Assembly (NCBI GenBank): GCA_009914755.4
Contig: CP068257.2
Location: 37,888,001-37,952,000, forward strand
Source of the DNA: the human T2T-CHM13v2.0 reference genome, Homo sapiens
Length of the DNA stretch: 64,000 bases
Reading direction: 5' to 3'
In this document: positions 28,272-42,833 of the stretch, piece after piece
Layout: each line of letters opens with the position of its first letter
Numbering within the stretch: position 1 is the stretch's first letter
Translations under genes and position numbers: made by a program
The notes under the pieces: model-generated
Seen by the model: the letters and a program-made list of their open reading frames with translations, nothing else
Databases searched by the model: none
Told to the model about the DNA's origin: nothing

Positions 28272-28850
28272 CTGCACATCATTTAGAATGGCTACTATAA
28301 AAAACCCAGAAAATAACAAGTGTTAGTGAGGGTGTGGAGAACTGTTAGTGAGAATGTTAAATGGTGCAGCTGCTACGGACAGTGGTAAGGAGATTCCTCA
28401 AAAAATTAAAAATAGAATTATCGTATGATCCAGCAATTCCAGTTCTGGGTATATGCCCAAAAGAATGGAAAGCAGAGTCCTGAAGAGGCATTTGTACACC
28501 TGTGTTCTAAGCAACATTATTCACAATAGCCAAAAGGTGGCACCAACACAGATGTCCATCAATGGATGAATGGATAAACACAATGTGGAATGCCCATACA
28601 ACAGACTATTATTCAAACGTTCAAAAGAAAGGAAGCTCTGTCACATGCTACAATATGAATGAACCTTGAGAACACACTAAGTGAAATAAGCCCGTTACAA
28701 CAGGATGAGTGCTGTATGATAAGTGGAATCATACAGTACGTTGTATGAGTCATCAAATGGAGACAGCGAGTGGAATGGTTGTTGCAAGGGGTCATTATAG
28801 TTTAATGTGTATAGAGTTTTAGTTTTGCAAGATGAGAGTTCTGGAGATAC
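28272..28850 (+). mobile_element. Old L1 (L1M-type) 3'-end fragment, sense (ORF2 C-terminus)
   Basis: The translation contains …QPKCPS.DEWINKMWN… and …YCMIPLI…-type ORF2 C-terminal motifs. The DNA matches the L1M ORF2 C-terminal/3' region ('ccagaaaataacaagtgttagtgagggtgtggagaa… ccaaaaggtggcaccaacacagatgtccatcaatggatgaatggataaac'). Confidence 0.8.
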
Positions 28851-29011
28851 GATCATAAAGAGCAAACAAGGCTGAGAAGACCCACTTGTGTGCGAGTGCT
28901 GAGGGTAGTTTTTTAGGGTACAGGCTGAGAAAGCACCCCAAAATGTACTGACTACACCCAGAATTCAAAGCACCTGCAGGATGTCTCCATGTGGATGTCC
29001 TGCAGGTACTT

Positions 29012-29216
<205 letters not shown>

Positions 29217-29679
29217 TTAACTCATCTTGATTCCAAAGCAATTTTCATCTTGATGCCAATATCTAATCTTTCAGCCTTTCAGCCATTGTGCCCTGGCACT
29301 GTCTTAAAAACTTTTTTCTTGTTACAAAAGCAACATATGTTCATATTTTTTAAAGAAGATATAGATAAGTAAAAAATAAACATAAAATAATTTATAATCT
29401 CTGTGCCCAGAAATAGCCATTAATATCATTGTAACGTATCTTGCCATTATTTTTCTACACAATCATCAGAACTTCATGTACATGTAGCATGTTCTTATCC
29501 ATGCTATCCAAGTCTTTGCTTATTCGTCCGACTATGTCCACATGCCTGAGTCTTACTTGTAGGTTAAGACCCAGCTTGAGGTCACGTCTGTCATTAAGCT
29601 TTACTCACTATTGCCATCAGAGAGTATTTACTACTCCATACTTGACCTCTCAGAGCATTTTAACTAACCTTTCTCGTGA

Positions 29680-30034
<355 letters not shown>

Positions 30035-30540
30035 TAATTTTTTAAAGCCATAGGATTCTGTTCAAATGGGTCCCTAGCATAAAAAATCAGATGGAAAGAG
30101 AGCTGCTCTGACTGTAGTTACAGAGACCTTGAACCCCAAGGGGACTAAATTCAGAGCTCGGGTTGAAAGCCCTGTACTAGATTGCAGGATTTTTAGAAAA
30201 TACATTTTATTGAGGTTTAATTCATCCAGCAATATGCACCCTTTTTGAGTGCACGGTTTGATGAGTTCTGACAAGTGTGTATAACCAATGCCCCTGTCAA
30301 GACACAGATTATTCCTGTCATGCTGTAAAGCTCTCTTCTCCTGTGCAGCTAATCCCTCCCTTCCACAGGACCCCAGGCTACCGCTGCTGTTTTCTGACAT
30401 TACGGATTAGATTTTCCTTTCCTGGAACTGCATGGGAATGAGTACAACAGCTATTTCCTCTTTTTGTGCCTGGGTTCTCTTCCTCCACATGTGTTTGAGA
30501 CTCACCTGTAATGTCGTTAATATCAGTAGTTTGTTCCTTC

Positions 30541-30718
30541 TTTTAAATTTATTTTTTATGTTATTCATTTATTTTTAAGATTTTTTTAAAAAACTTACAT
30601 TTTAAATTTTTTATTTTTTATTTTATTTATTTTAATTTTATTTATTTTTAATTGAATGAATTTAATTTTTAAATTTAAATTTTAGTTTTTTATTTTTATT
30701 TTTTATATACATAAATTT
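30541..30718. repeat. About 180-bp, roughly 95% A+T low-complexity block ((TTTTA)n/(ATTT)n-like)
   Basis: 'tttaaatttattttttatgttattcatttatttttaag…ttttatttattttaattttatttatttttaattgaatgaatttaatttttaaatttaaattttag'. Confidence 0.9.
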
Positions 30719-31035
30719 GTTCCTTCTTGCTGAGTGTGGCATTACCAGTTTGTTTACTCACACTCGACATTTGAGTCATTGCCAGTTTTGGGGTATTTTG
30801 AATAAAGCTGCCACAGACATTTGTGGATAAGTCTTTTTGAGTATGAATGTTTTTATTTCTCCTCAGTAGATGTCAAGTAAAACTTGAGATGATAGGTTTC
30901 TGAAAATAGAATCCATGTCTCTTTCATTTTTGTGATCCAGAGCGCACTGCATTGAGCCAGTGTTAAATGAACTTCTTGGTAAGAAAAGGGAAGGAATATT
31001 TAGTAAATGTTTACTAATTGCCAGCTACTTTTTAA

Positions 31036-31461
<426 letters not shown>

Positions 31462-31740
31462 TAAGTAGCCTGCCTAGGAGCACACAGCTAATAAGTTAAT
31501 AGAGCTAGGATTCAAACCCTCTGTTGGACTCCAAAGGCCAGGTTTATTTCTTAGTATTATTTTTGGCTGCCTGTTGAATCAGCTAAGTTGATTTAACATG
31601 TGGGAGAGTCCGTAAATTCTCCCGAGAGCCTCTGTGGGCTCAGCAGAGCCTTTCTGGCCATTGAAGTAGGTCAGGTCCTGCTACAGTGAAGTTTAGGAGT
31701 CAGTCTTTAACTCTGGGACATTGTCCATTCTGTCGTATCA

Positions 31741-31971
<231 letters not shown>

Positions 31972-32639
31972 TCACCTGAATTTTCCTTGTTATCAACCTT
32001 TTGCTGGTAAGCCACTAATTAATTGTCACCTGTGGAAATTTAGACGAATTTTCTAGCTTTTTATGTGTTGTTGACTCACAATAAACAACACTTCCACAAA
32101 ATCTATGGGCTTTTCTGGAGGCCTTTTCTTGAGCGATGGGACTCTTGTTGAAAAGGAACTTTGAGGGGTTCAGCGTTCTTTACAATTTCCTATCAATTCA
32201 TCTCCTCCAGGTGGGGAGGCCTGTAGAAGAGAGTTGTGAACAGAGTGCTGTGTGGCACCCAACACCATAGATATGGCAGGGTGGACTGGAAATGGGGTCG
32301 ATGCACAGCTGGGATGCTCTGGTTTGTCCACAGTGATTCCCACAATATTGAAATGCTTTTGTTTCTGTAGGTAAACAGCAGGCTGCCCTGGCTCCTCCCC
32401 TAGAGCTCTCTCCTCTCCAACATCTTATGCTCCAGCAATGAAAGCGTTGGCACCCATCTCCGCAGGGGGCCTCTGGACCCTGTGCCAATGCCCTGGCCAC
32501 CGTCCATTCTCACTGCTTGGTCCCATGACACCAAATTGTTAAATAGTTGGCTATTGACCTCTTGGCTAAAAGTTATTTTCAAAACAGAAATGTACAGGCA
32601 ACAGGCCAATCACATTCTTAATTTGTAACCACCCAAGGG

Positions 32640-33210
32640 GTTCACCTTGCCCACTGCCTAGAGAGCCGATTCATCAAGACAGGGGAATTGCAATAGAGAA
32701 AGAGTAATTCACAGAGAGCCGGCTGTGCGGGAGACCAGAGCTTTATTATTACTCAAATCAGTCTCCCCGAGCATTCGGGGAGCAGAATTTTTAAGGATAA
32801 CTTGGTGGGCGGGGGGAAGCCAGTGAACTAGGAATGCTGATTGGTCAGGGAGGAAATCACAAGGCGTCGGAGCTGTCTTCTGGCGCTGAGTCAGTTCCTG
32901 AGTGGGAGCCACAAGATAAGGTGAGCCAGTTGATCGATCTGGGTGGTGCCAGCTGATCCATCCAGTGCAGGGTCTGCAAAGTATCTCAAGCCCTGATCGT
33001 AGGAGCAGTTTGGGGAGGGTCAGAATCTTGTAGCCTCCAGCTGCATGACTCCTAAACCTTAATTTCTAATTTTGTGGCTAATGTTGGTCCTACAAAGGCA
33101 ATCTAGTCCCCAGGCAAGAAGGAGGTCTGCTTTGGGAAAGGGCTGTTGCCATCTTTGTTTAAACTATAAACTATAAACTGTAAACTAAGTTTCTCCCAAA
33201 GTTAGTTCAG
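32640..33210 (+). mobile_element. Unclassified ERV-LTR-like segment (about 570 bp)
   Basis: LTR-like composition: CCAAT-like 'tgattggtcagg', 'gagccacaagataaggtgagccag', and a terminal (aaactat)n. I believe I have seen 'gcaatagagaaagagtaattcacagagagccggctgtgcgggagaccagagctttattattactcaaatcag' in an ERV LTR family but cannot name it. Confidence 0.3.
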
Positions 33211-33459
33211 CCTATGCCCAGGAATGAACAAGGACAGCTTGGAGGTGAGAAGCAAGATGAGGCCCGTTAAGTTAGATCTCTTTCACTGGCTCAGTCATCG
33301 TTTTGCAAAGGCAGCTTCAATCTCACTTTCCATTATTCTTATCTCACTCTTCATTGGAGTAGTCCTCCCTTATTTGTGGTTTCACTTTCCATGGTTTCTG
33401 TTACCTGCAATAAATGGAGGTCTGAAAATGGGTGAGTGTAGCGCAGTAAGATATCTTGA

Positions 33460-33760
33460 GGGTGGGCACAATGGCTCATGCCTGCAATCCCAGCACTTTG
33501 GGAGGCTGAGGCGGGAGGATTGCTTGAGTATAGGAGTTTGAGACCAGCAGGGCAACATAGTGACATTTCTCCACAAAAAATAAATTTTAAAAAATTAGCT
33601 GGGTGTGATGATGCATTCTTGTAGTCCCAGCTACTCGGAAAACCGAGGTGGGATGATCACTGGAGCTCAGAAAGTCAAGGCGTCAGTGAACTATGATCGC
33701 AGGACTGCGCTCCAGCCTGGGCAACAGAGCAAGACCCTGTCTCTCTTAAAAAAAAAAAAG
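33460..33760 (+). mobile_element. Alu SINE (sense, older AluJ-like) with TSD 'aagatatYttgag'
   Basis: 'gggtgggcacaatggctcatgcctgcaatcccagcactttgggaggctgaggcgggagg…' ending in poly-A. Flanking direct repeats match. Confidence 0.88.
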
Positions 33761-33766
33761 ATATTT

Positions 33767-33790
33767 TGAGAGAGAGAGAGAGAGAGACTG
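33767..33790. repeat. (GA)n microsatellite
   Basis: 'gagagagagagagagagagagac'. Confidence 0.9.
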
Positions 33791-35937
33791 CATTCGCATA
33801 AATTTTATTGCAGTATATTGTTATAATTGCTTTATTTTTTTATGAGTAATTGTTGTTAATCTCTTGTGCCTAACTTATAAATTAAACTTTATCACAGGTA
33901 TGTATAGATAGGAGAAAACAGAATATACAGGGTTCAGTACTATCCAAGGTTTCAAGTATCCACTGGGTGTTTTGGAACATATCCCCTTTGGATAAGGGGG
34001 ATCACCGTATGACAAAAGCCATTGTTTTTTGTTTTGATTCTGATCTTTCTGATTCCTACATATACTTTAAGCACAAACAATTTGGTTAAAGTCTATTTCC
34101 AAGTTTCTGTGGTGTAGAGGAGGAAAATTTTAGTTTCCCTCTGCTCTTCACAGTTATTATTTGGGATGGACTCCTGTAACAAAAGACAGATTAACAAGAG
34201 AAAGACAAATGGAAGTTTATTAACATGCATGCCTCCTGTGTATGTGATAGATACCCAGAGAGATGAGTCAGTCTCAAAGAGGAGACTTTGAATTCAGGCT
34301 TAAATATTTAATACCATCTTCAGCTGTCACAAAGAAAGGTGTTGCTGGCAGGTGTGGGGAGGTAACCAGGAAAAGCAGTCAAAAAGGGTAAGGTTTGTTA
34401 TGCAGATTCGAGTCATCCTTGTCTTCCTGGTACAGAGGGGGAGGCACCCTCATAAATGGAGGGCTCCTTTACAGAAGTAAATTTCCCTTACAAAAGGGTA
34501 ACTGCCTCTGTGTTCTCAGGGCTTCTTCTGTGTCAGCAGTTTCTCAAGATAATCCTTATGCCCAAAAGGCATATTTTGGTGGGGGCAGGTTGTGGTCTCC
34601 TACACTGGTCATGCCAAAGCACTGGCAAACATTATAGTGTAGCAGTTATGAGCATGGATTTTAGGATCTGACAAGCTTCAATTTTGATTTCTGGCTCTGT
34701 TACTTCCTAGCATGGTGATCTTTGACAAGTTATGGCAAGTCATACAACTTTTGTAATGCCTCAGTTTTCTCACCTGTAAAATGAATATGATAATATCTAC
34801 TTCATAATTATTAGAGATTGTTAGCAGCAGTGAATCCTTATGGGTCTGCAGCAAACTCAATTCTTGCTTCCTCAGAAGAAAGAATTTGACGGAAGGACAT
34901 AAGGCAGAGGGAGAGACCGAGGCAAGTCTTAGAGTAGGAGTGAAAGCTTATGAAAAATTTTTAGGGGAAGAATGAAAGGAAGTGAAGTGTCCTTGGAAGA
35001 GGGCCAAGTGGGAGAGACAAGAGCACTGTTTGACTTTTGACTTGGGGTTTCACATGCTGGCTTGCTTCTGGTGTCTTGCTTCTCTTCTTTCCTTATTCTT
35101 CCCTTGGGGTGGGCTGTCCACCTGTGCTGTGACCTGCCAGCACTTGGGAGGGGCTGCGTGTACAGTGTTTACTGGAGTTGTATGCATGCTCACTTGAGGC
35201 ATTCTTCCCTTACCAGCCAAGTGTTCCTAGAGGAAGATCATGTGCCACTTAACGCCGCCATTTTGCCTTCTAGTGCGCATGCTTGAGCCCACTCGTCCAA
35301 CTCCTGAGATCTTCTCCAGAAGCTGCTGATTACCAGTTTCAGGTTTTTTCTTTCTACTGGGAGACTGCCTTTCCCTGGCGCTAGCTATTGTTTTAGTGCT
35401 TAACAACCGCCTGGCCATCAACTTATGGTTGCCTGACATTCCTGGTGTGATGGGGCCCTCTTCTGCCCTGCTCATGTCTGCCCGACTACCTACTGCAATA
35501 AGATCACGGAGGGGATGGGTGCAAAGACCTTGCCCCAAGTGCTCCCTGCATGCTGGCTGTGTTACACATTTCAGGGGAATTTTTATAGATTCATTCAATG
35601 CTGAGTGTTACTTTCTTCAGATATTGGAAGCTGTAACTGTTAATTCCAAAAGAGCTGCTTCTTTTGCTTTAAAGTGACTTCATTTTGCATGAGTTGATTT
35701 CAGCTCCATGCCTGTCTTCTTTTTTTGAATGGAGAACTTCTTTCCCAAAGAAGCAGTTGATTTTAAATAACAGAAAAAACAACTTGTAAAGGTGAAGAAA
35801 CAAACTTAAGGCTTGAGTTTTGAACTTAGGGTTTCAACTTCCTTTGCCTATAAGTAGGAAGGATGGAGATGGCCACTATGTACCTTGCATATAAAATCAG
35901 TTGAACAGAAAAAAGTGCAGCTTTTCTGGGCAGAAGA

Positions 35938-38233
35938 AACAGCGATCATCTTGGGGACAAGATCTTTGTTCCCAAACTGGGAACAAAAAGAGGTTTAATT
36001 GGACTTACAGCTCCACACGGCTGTAGAGGCCACAAGGCTTCAGAATCATGGTGGGAGGCGAAAGGCACTCCTTACATGGCGGTGGCAAAAGAAAAATGAG
36101 GAAGAAGCAAAAACGGAAACCCCTGATAACCCCATCAGATTTCATGAGACTTATTCACTTTCAAAAGAATAGTACAAGAAAGACTAGTCCCCATGATTCA
36201 ATTACCTCCCCCTGGGTCACTTCCACAACACGTGGGAATTCTGAGAGATACAATTCAAGTTGAGATTTGGGTGGGGACTCAGCCAAACCATATCATTCCG
36301 GAAGACCATGGCCCCTCCAAATCTCATGTCCTCACATTTCAAAACAAATCATGCCTTCCCAACAGTCCCCTAAAGTCTTAACTCATTTCAGCATTAACCT
36401 AAAAGTTCATAGTCCAAAGTTTCATCTGAGGCAAGACAAGTCCCTTCCACCTATGAGCTTGTAAAATCAAAAGCAAGCTAGTTACTTCCTAGATACGATG
36501 GGGATACAGGCATTTGGTAAATACAGCCATTCCAAATGGGAGAAATTGAGCAAAACAAAGGGGTTACAGGGCCCATGCGAGTCTGAAATCCAGCTGGGCA
36601 GTCAAATTTTAAAGCTCCAAAATGACTGCCTTTGACTCCAGGTCTCACATCCAGGTCACACTGATGCAAAAGGTGAGTTCCCACGGTCTTGGGCAGCTCT
36701 GCCCCTGTGGCTTTGCAGGCTATAGGCTCCCTCCTGGTTGCTTTCACGGGCTGGCGTTGAGTGTCTGTGGCTTTTCCAGGTGAACGCTGCAAGCTGCCAG
36801 TGGATCTACCATTCCAGGGTCTGGAGGACGGTGGCCCTCTTCTCACAGCTCCACTAGGCAGTGCCCCAGTAGGGACTCTGTGTGGGGGCTCTGATCCCAC
36901 ATTTCTCTTCTGCACTGCTCTAGCAGATGTTCTCCATGAGGGCCCTGCACCTGCAGCAAACTTTTGCCTGAGCATCCAGGTGTTTCCATACATCTTCTGA
37001 AATCTAGGTGGAAGTTCCCAAACCTCAATTCTTGACTTCTGTGCACCTGCAGGCTCAACAGCACGTGGAAGCTGCCAAGGCTTGGGGCTTTCACCCTCTG
37101 AAACCACAGCCTGAGCTGTACGTTGGCCCCTTTCAGCCACAGCTGGAGCAGTGGGACATGGCACCAAATCCCTAGGCTGCACACAGCATGGGGACCCTGG
37201 CGCCAGCCCACAAAACCGCTTTTTCCCCCTGGGCCTCTGGGCCTGTGATGGGAGGGGCTGTCGTGAAGGTCTCTGAAATGGCCTGGAGACATTTTCCCCA
37301 TGGTCTTGGGGATTAACATTAGGCTCCTTGCTGTTTATGCAAATTTCTGAAGCCAGCTTGAATTTCTCCTCAAAAAATGGGTTTTTCTTTTCTATTGCAT
37401 CGTCAGACTGCAAATTTTCTAAACTTTTATGCTCTCCTTCCCTTACAAAACTGAATGCCTTTAACAGTACCCAAATCACCTCTTGAATGCTTTGCTGCTT
37501 AGAAATTTCTTCTGCCAGATACCCTCAAACGTCTTTCTCAAGTTTAAAGTTCCACAAATCTCTAGGGCAGGGGCAAAATGATGCCAGTCTGTTTGCTAAA
37601 ACATAACAAGAGTCACCTTTACTCCAGTTTCCAACAAGTTCCTCATCTCCATCTGAGACCACCTCAGCCTGGAGACCACTTTATTGTCCATATCACTATC
37701 AGCATTTTGGGCAAAGCCATTCAACAAGTCTCTAGAAAGTTCCAAACTTTCCCAAATGTTCCTGTCTTCTTCTGAGCCCTCCAAACTGTTCCAATCTCTG
37801 CCTGTTACCCAGTTCCAAAGTTGCTTCCACAATTTCGAGTATCTTTTCAGCAATGCCCAACTCCCGGTACCAACTTACTGTATTAGTTCATTTTAACACT
37901 GCTGAGAAAGACATACCTGAAACTGGGAACAAAAAGAGTTTATTTGGACTTAAAGTTCCACATGGCTGGGGAGGCCTCAGAATCATGGCGGGAGACGAAA
38001 GGCACTTCTTACATGGCGGTGGCAAGAGAAAAATGAGGAAGAAGCAAAAGTGGAAACCCCTGATAAACTCATCAGATCTTGTGAGACTTACTCACTATCA
38101 TGAAAATAGCACGGGAAAGACCGGCCCCCACAATTCAACTACCTCCCTCTGGGTCCCTCCCACAATATGTGGGAATTCTGGGAGACACAATTCAAGTTGA
38201 GATTTGGGTGTGGACACAACCAAACCATATTAG
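35938..38233 (-). mobile_element. Full-length ERVL-MaLR element (THE1/MST-like): 3' LTR 35938-36297, internal 36298-37879, 5' LTR 37880-38233
   Basis: Two same-orientation ~355-bp LTRs, both ending '…cagccaaaccatatca/…caaccaaaccatatta' (RC of TGATATGGTTTGG). They are about 1.58 kb apart and about 12-15% diverged from each other. Total length of about 2.3 kb equals the canonical THE1 length. Confidence 0.75.
36478..37479 (-). other. 333-codon intact ORF inside the MaLR internal region, sense relative to the element. Pro/Arg/Ala/Gly/Ser-rich product, with no motif I can recognise.
   Basis: Longest ORF in the window (from the ORF track). It lies entirely between the two LTRs. Confidence 0.25.
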
Positions 38234-38240
38234 GGCTTAA

Positions 38241-38644
<404 letters not shown>

Positions 38645-39443
38645 AAGATTGTATCTTTTCAATTGAAAGAACATACACAGCTTAAGGACAAAAGCGATAA
38701 CAACCTTCACTCTAAAACTGCCAGGGTGTAAAGATGAAAAGATAGGCTTTGCAGTGTGTGCATGCATGTCTGTGAACAGATATTTGTGCATGTGTATTTG
38801 AGGAAGATAATAGCACCAAGAAGATGGAAACACTGAGCAGGAAAAGGAGCTTTGGGAATCCCCAGGTTAAATGCACACTTCTCACTATGGCAGTTTGTTG
38901 AGCCACTTGGTTCCTCCTTTAATCACACATTGATGCAAAGAAAAATGTTTAGAGAGGGTGGATATAGTTTGCTAAAAGATTGTGATTATTTTCCTATAGA
39001 AGTGCTTCCTTTGTGGACATTGTCGAGGCCAAGAGAAATAACTTCCCTTTCACCCTCTGAAGTTTCCCTGAAAATCATGACAATAGGCTGATTGATAGGA
39101 GAAAAGGCACACACATGCATTTGATCATAGTTTTACGTGACACAGGAGACTTCAGAATGAACAACCAAAGAGGGAAACTGTCCATTTTTATGCTTAGGTT
39201 CAACAGAGTATGGACAGCTGTGTAGAGATATGATTGGATGAAAGGGGTAAGACCTAATGCTGATAGGCTGGGAGGGGAAATCCGGCAAGGCCTGTCTGTC
39301 TAGATTCTTCTTGGCTTCTCTGAGCAACATCCCTTCCTTCTGGGTATGGGAAGGACCCTCTCTGGAACAGAAGCCTTATGACATACAATCAAACAACGTA
39401 GGTCTGATCATTTCTTAAAAAAATTTTTTTTAAAATAAAAATG

Positions 39444-39560
39444 GAGATGGGGTTTCACCATGTTGCCCAGTCTGGTCTCAAACTCCTAAGCTCAAGTCAT
39501 CTGTCTGCCTCAGCCTCCTAAAGTGCTGGGATTACAGGCATGAGTCACCATTCACGGCCT
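39444..39560 (-). mobile_element. Alu left-arm fragment (antisense)
   Basis: 'gagatggggtttcaccatgttgcccagtctggtctcaaactcctaagctcaagtcatctgtctgcctcagcctcctaaagtgctgggattacaggcatgagtcaccattcacggcc'. Confidence 0.8.
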
Positions 39561-39954
39561 TGATAATTTCTTTATGGCTAGTTTTTACACAGAAAGGTGG
39601 AGGAAAAGTTAGAGCAATATTTTTTGGTTTATAGCTGGCTTTGGGGAAAACGGATTCTGGTTTCTATGCCTAGCCTCAGGGAAACGTGAGATGGATAACA
39701 TGAGGGCAGGAGAAGGTCAGACGAAAACTTTTGCTTCCAAGGTCTTTGTTTTGAGTATCATTTTCTGAATCCCAACATTCCCTGGTCTGAAACTTTCCCA
39801 AGAAGTTTCACAGTCCAGAAATTGGATTGGTGGATTGTCTTATAAGTTATTGAGCCAGGATCTCAGTCCCAAAAATGGATCTCATTTCAGGCTTCCACTA
39901 AGGTCAGGCCTCTATATGATTTGAGCAATCATATATTTAATAAGAGGCATTTCT

Positions 39955-40288
<334 letters not shown>

Positions 40289-40696
40289 TTAATGGTTAGG
40301 GCAAACTATAAACTCAGTTTTTTGAGTCTAGAGGGCAGCCAGTTGAGAAGAATTGTAGGTGCTGGGCTCAAAGCACCTGCAGATAAAGAGAGCAAACAGT
40401 GAGAATCTGACAGTTTTCCTGGTTTGCAGTTTGCATCAGGCATTCCAGTGAACTTTCTGTGTAATCTATACATCGACAGGCATGAAGGCTGTTTGTCTAT
40501 TACGTTGCTGTAGTGCTTTATCCCAACATTTATATAAAATTGTCTAGTTTCAGCTTGCAGGACTTTAAAAAAAGTGCAGTTTTAATTTCTAGTGTTCCAA
40601 GTCAGTAAAATGGGAGAAAAACGTGGAAGGAAATGTTAGTTTGGAGACTTGTTGCAAGGAAAGAATTCAGGATTCAGTCCAAACTGTAGGAAAATC

Positions 40697-41008
40697 AGCC
40701 AGGCATGGTGGCTTATGCCTGCAATCTCAGCACTTTGGAGGCTGAGGTGGATGGATCACCTGAGGTCAGGAGTTTGAGACCAGCCTGGGTAACATGGTAA
40801 AATCCTGTCTCTACAAAAAATACAAAAATTAGCTGGGTGTGGTTGCAGATGCCTGTAATCCCAGCTACTCAGGAGGTTGAGGCAGGAGAATCACTTGAAC
40901 CCAGGAGGTGGAAGTTGCAGCGGGTTGAGATTGCATCACTGCACTCCAGCCCAGGTGAGAGAGCAAGGCTCCATCTCAAAAAACAAAGCAAAACAAAACA
41001 ATAAAAAC
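40697..41008 (+). mobile_element. Alu SINE (sense) with (CAAAA)n tail
   Basis: 'agccaggcatggtggcttatgcctgcaatctcagcactttggaggctgaggtggatggatcacctgaggtcaggagtttgagaccagcctgggtaacatggtaaaatcctgtctctac…'. Confidence 0.9.
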
Positions 41009-41824
41009 CACCCCAATGGTCAGGACTAAAATCTAGTAACAGGTATACTATAGCTTTCTTCTGAAGCATAATTTTTCTCTCTCTAATCCCCCATTTCCGC
41101 CAAAAATAAATCATAGTAGGACCAATTTATTTGCAAAATAAGTTTTAGTCTTATTATCCTTGGCCTAATTATTTGCATGAAGTACAGCAAGAATAGTGAT
41201 TGTCGTATAAGCTCTTTTTAAGCTTGCTTTGCTAGACCATTTTCATGAGGAATCTCTGATTAGACTTTCAAAAATCTTTTGAGGCTAGGAAGCCAAGCCA
41301 AGGATTCACCCTCTGGTTGTGCTTGTATCACCTGAATGAATTGGGTGATTTCTGTCTTCTTAAGGTCCTCCAAATATCTTGACGCTCCTAGTCCTGTCAG
41401 AAAGTGACATTCTTTACTTACCATAAGGTCAGAAACACTGTAAGGGACCTGTGCAGACAAGGTACCAGGCCAGTCTTTTTCTAAGGCTATTGGCTTATAA
41501 AGTTGACCTCAATCCCTCAAAGCAATCTGGTCCCCTTTGAAAATACGACATTCCAGTCAAAGCCTTGATAAAATAACCAGTGTTTCCAATGTTTCCTGTT
41601 ACAAAAAGAAAAGAGATTCTTATAAAACTTATACAAAAAAACATATTGCCATAAAATGAGAATACTAATGAATAGTTTTGAAATTTTGGAGAATTCAAGT
41701 AGACAGAATGTATTTTAATTTTGCTTACAAAAGTATACTTTACCAAATTGCTGTAAACCATAAATAGCTCCAAAAAAGTTTCCTTGACTCTGGAAAACAA
41801 AATATAAAAATAATCAATGTTTCT

Positions 41825-42178
41825 GATATGGTTTGGCTGTGTCCCCATTCAAATCTCAGCTTGAATTGTATCTCCCAGAATTCCCACCTGTTGTGGGAGG
41901 GACCCAGGGGGAGGTAATTGAATCATGGTGGCTGGTCTTTCCTGTGCTATTCTCCTCATAGTGAATAAGTCTCATGAGATCTGATGGGTTTATCAGGGGT
42001 TTCCACTTTTGCTTCTTCCTCATTTTCTCTTGCTGCTGCGATGTAAGAAGTGCCTTTCACCTCCCGCCATGATTCTGAGGTCTCCCCAGCCATGTGGAAT
42101 TGTAAGTCCAATTAAACCTCTTTTTCTTCCCAGTCTCAGGTATGTCTTTATCAGCAGCATGAAAATAAACTAATACAG
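41825..42178 (+). mobile_element. Solo MaLR LTR (THE1-like), sense
   Basis: 'tgatatggtttggctgtgtccccattcaaatctcagcttgaattgtatctcccagaattcccacctgttgtgggagggacccagggggaggtaattgaatcatggtgg…aactaatacag'. Confidence 0.78.
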
Positions 42179-42833
42179 TTTCAAACAAAAAGTCATAAAA
42201 AATCATTTCAGTCCTCTATCAGTTCAGTCCCATGTAATAATTTTTCTTCTGCCTGATGGTGGGTTAGCAATCTTCATGAACTCATCAGTTTTAAAATTAG
42301 AGTTCTGAAGGTTTTACCTAATTCAGTGGTATGCTCTACAAAGTTATCAGAAACCTGGATTCAAGAGTACTCATCAGAGTCCAGGGTCATCTTCATAAAT
42401 TTCCTTGAAGACACAACACTAGGATTTGCAAAAAGGTTTTAGAGTAAAATCACCAGAATGAAGCAATTTACTGCATACACTAAGACCTATCAGAGTTTAG
42501 GAATCTCATACAATTTTGGAACACATTTGAATAACATATCCATACAAATACAATTCAAAGAATGTTAACTCAAAATCGTTTCTTATTTGCCAATGTTTCT
42601 AATGTAATTTTAAGATGCCAAGCTTGAAAAGCAGTTGGATTTCTTTACTTAATTTATAAGCACTCATTTGTTTATAAATCCATTTGGTACCATGCAGATA
42701 ATATGACATGAACTTATGTATGCATAAAAATACAGAGAAACATAAATCAAGATTTTATAGCTTATATTTTAAAATTTTAGCCATGAAATTTTAGTGTCCA
42801 TTTACAGAGTGCCATTTGAGGTACATTTAGTGC

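Noticed and set aside
28981-29011. Small hairpin 'cacctgcaggatgtctccatgtggatgtcctgcaggtac' just upstream of a truncated Alu
   Set aside because: The two halves are direct, not inverted, copies ('cctgcaggatgtc…ggatgtcctgcagg'). Only a short imperfect stem is possible, so it is not a significant structure.
36478-37479. Calling the 333-aa ORF a bona fide host protein-coding gene
   Set aside because: It lies entirely within the internal region of a MaLR retroelement, in sense orientation to it. The most economical explanation is a retroelement-derived ORF, ancestral or fortuitously open, so it is reported as a finding and not as a host CDS.
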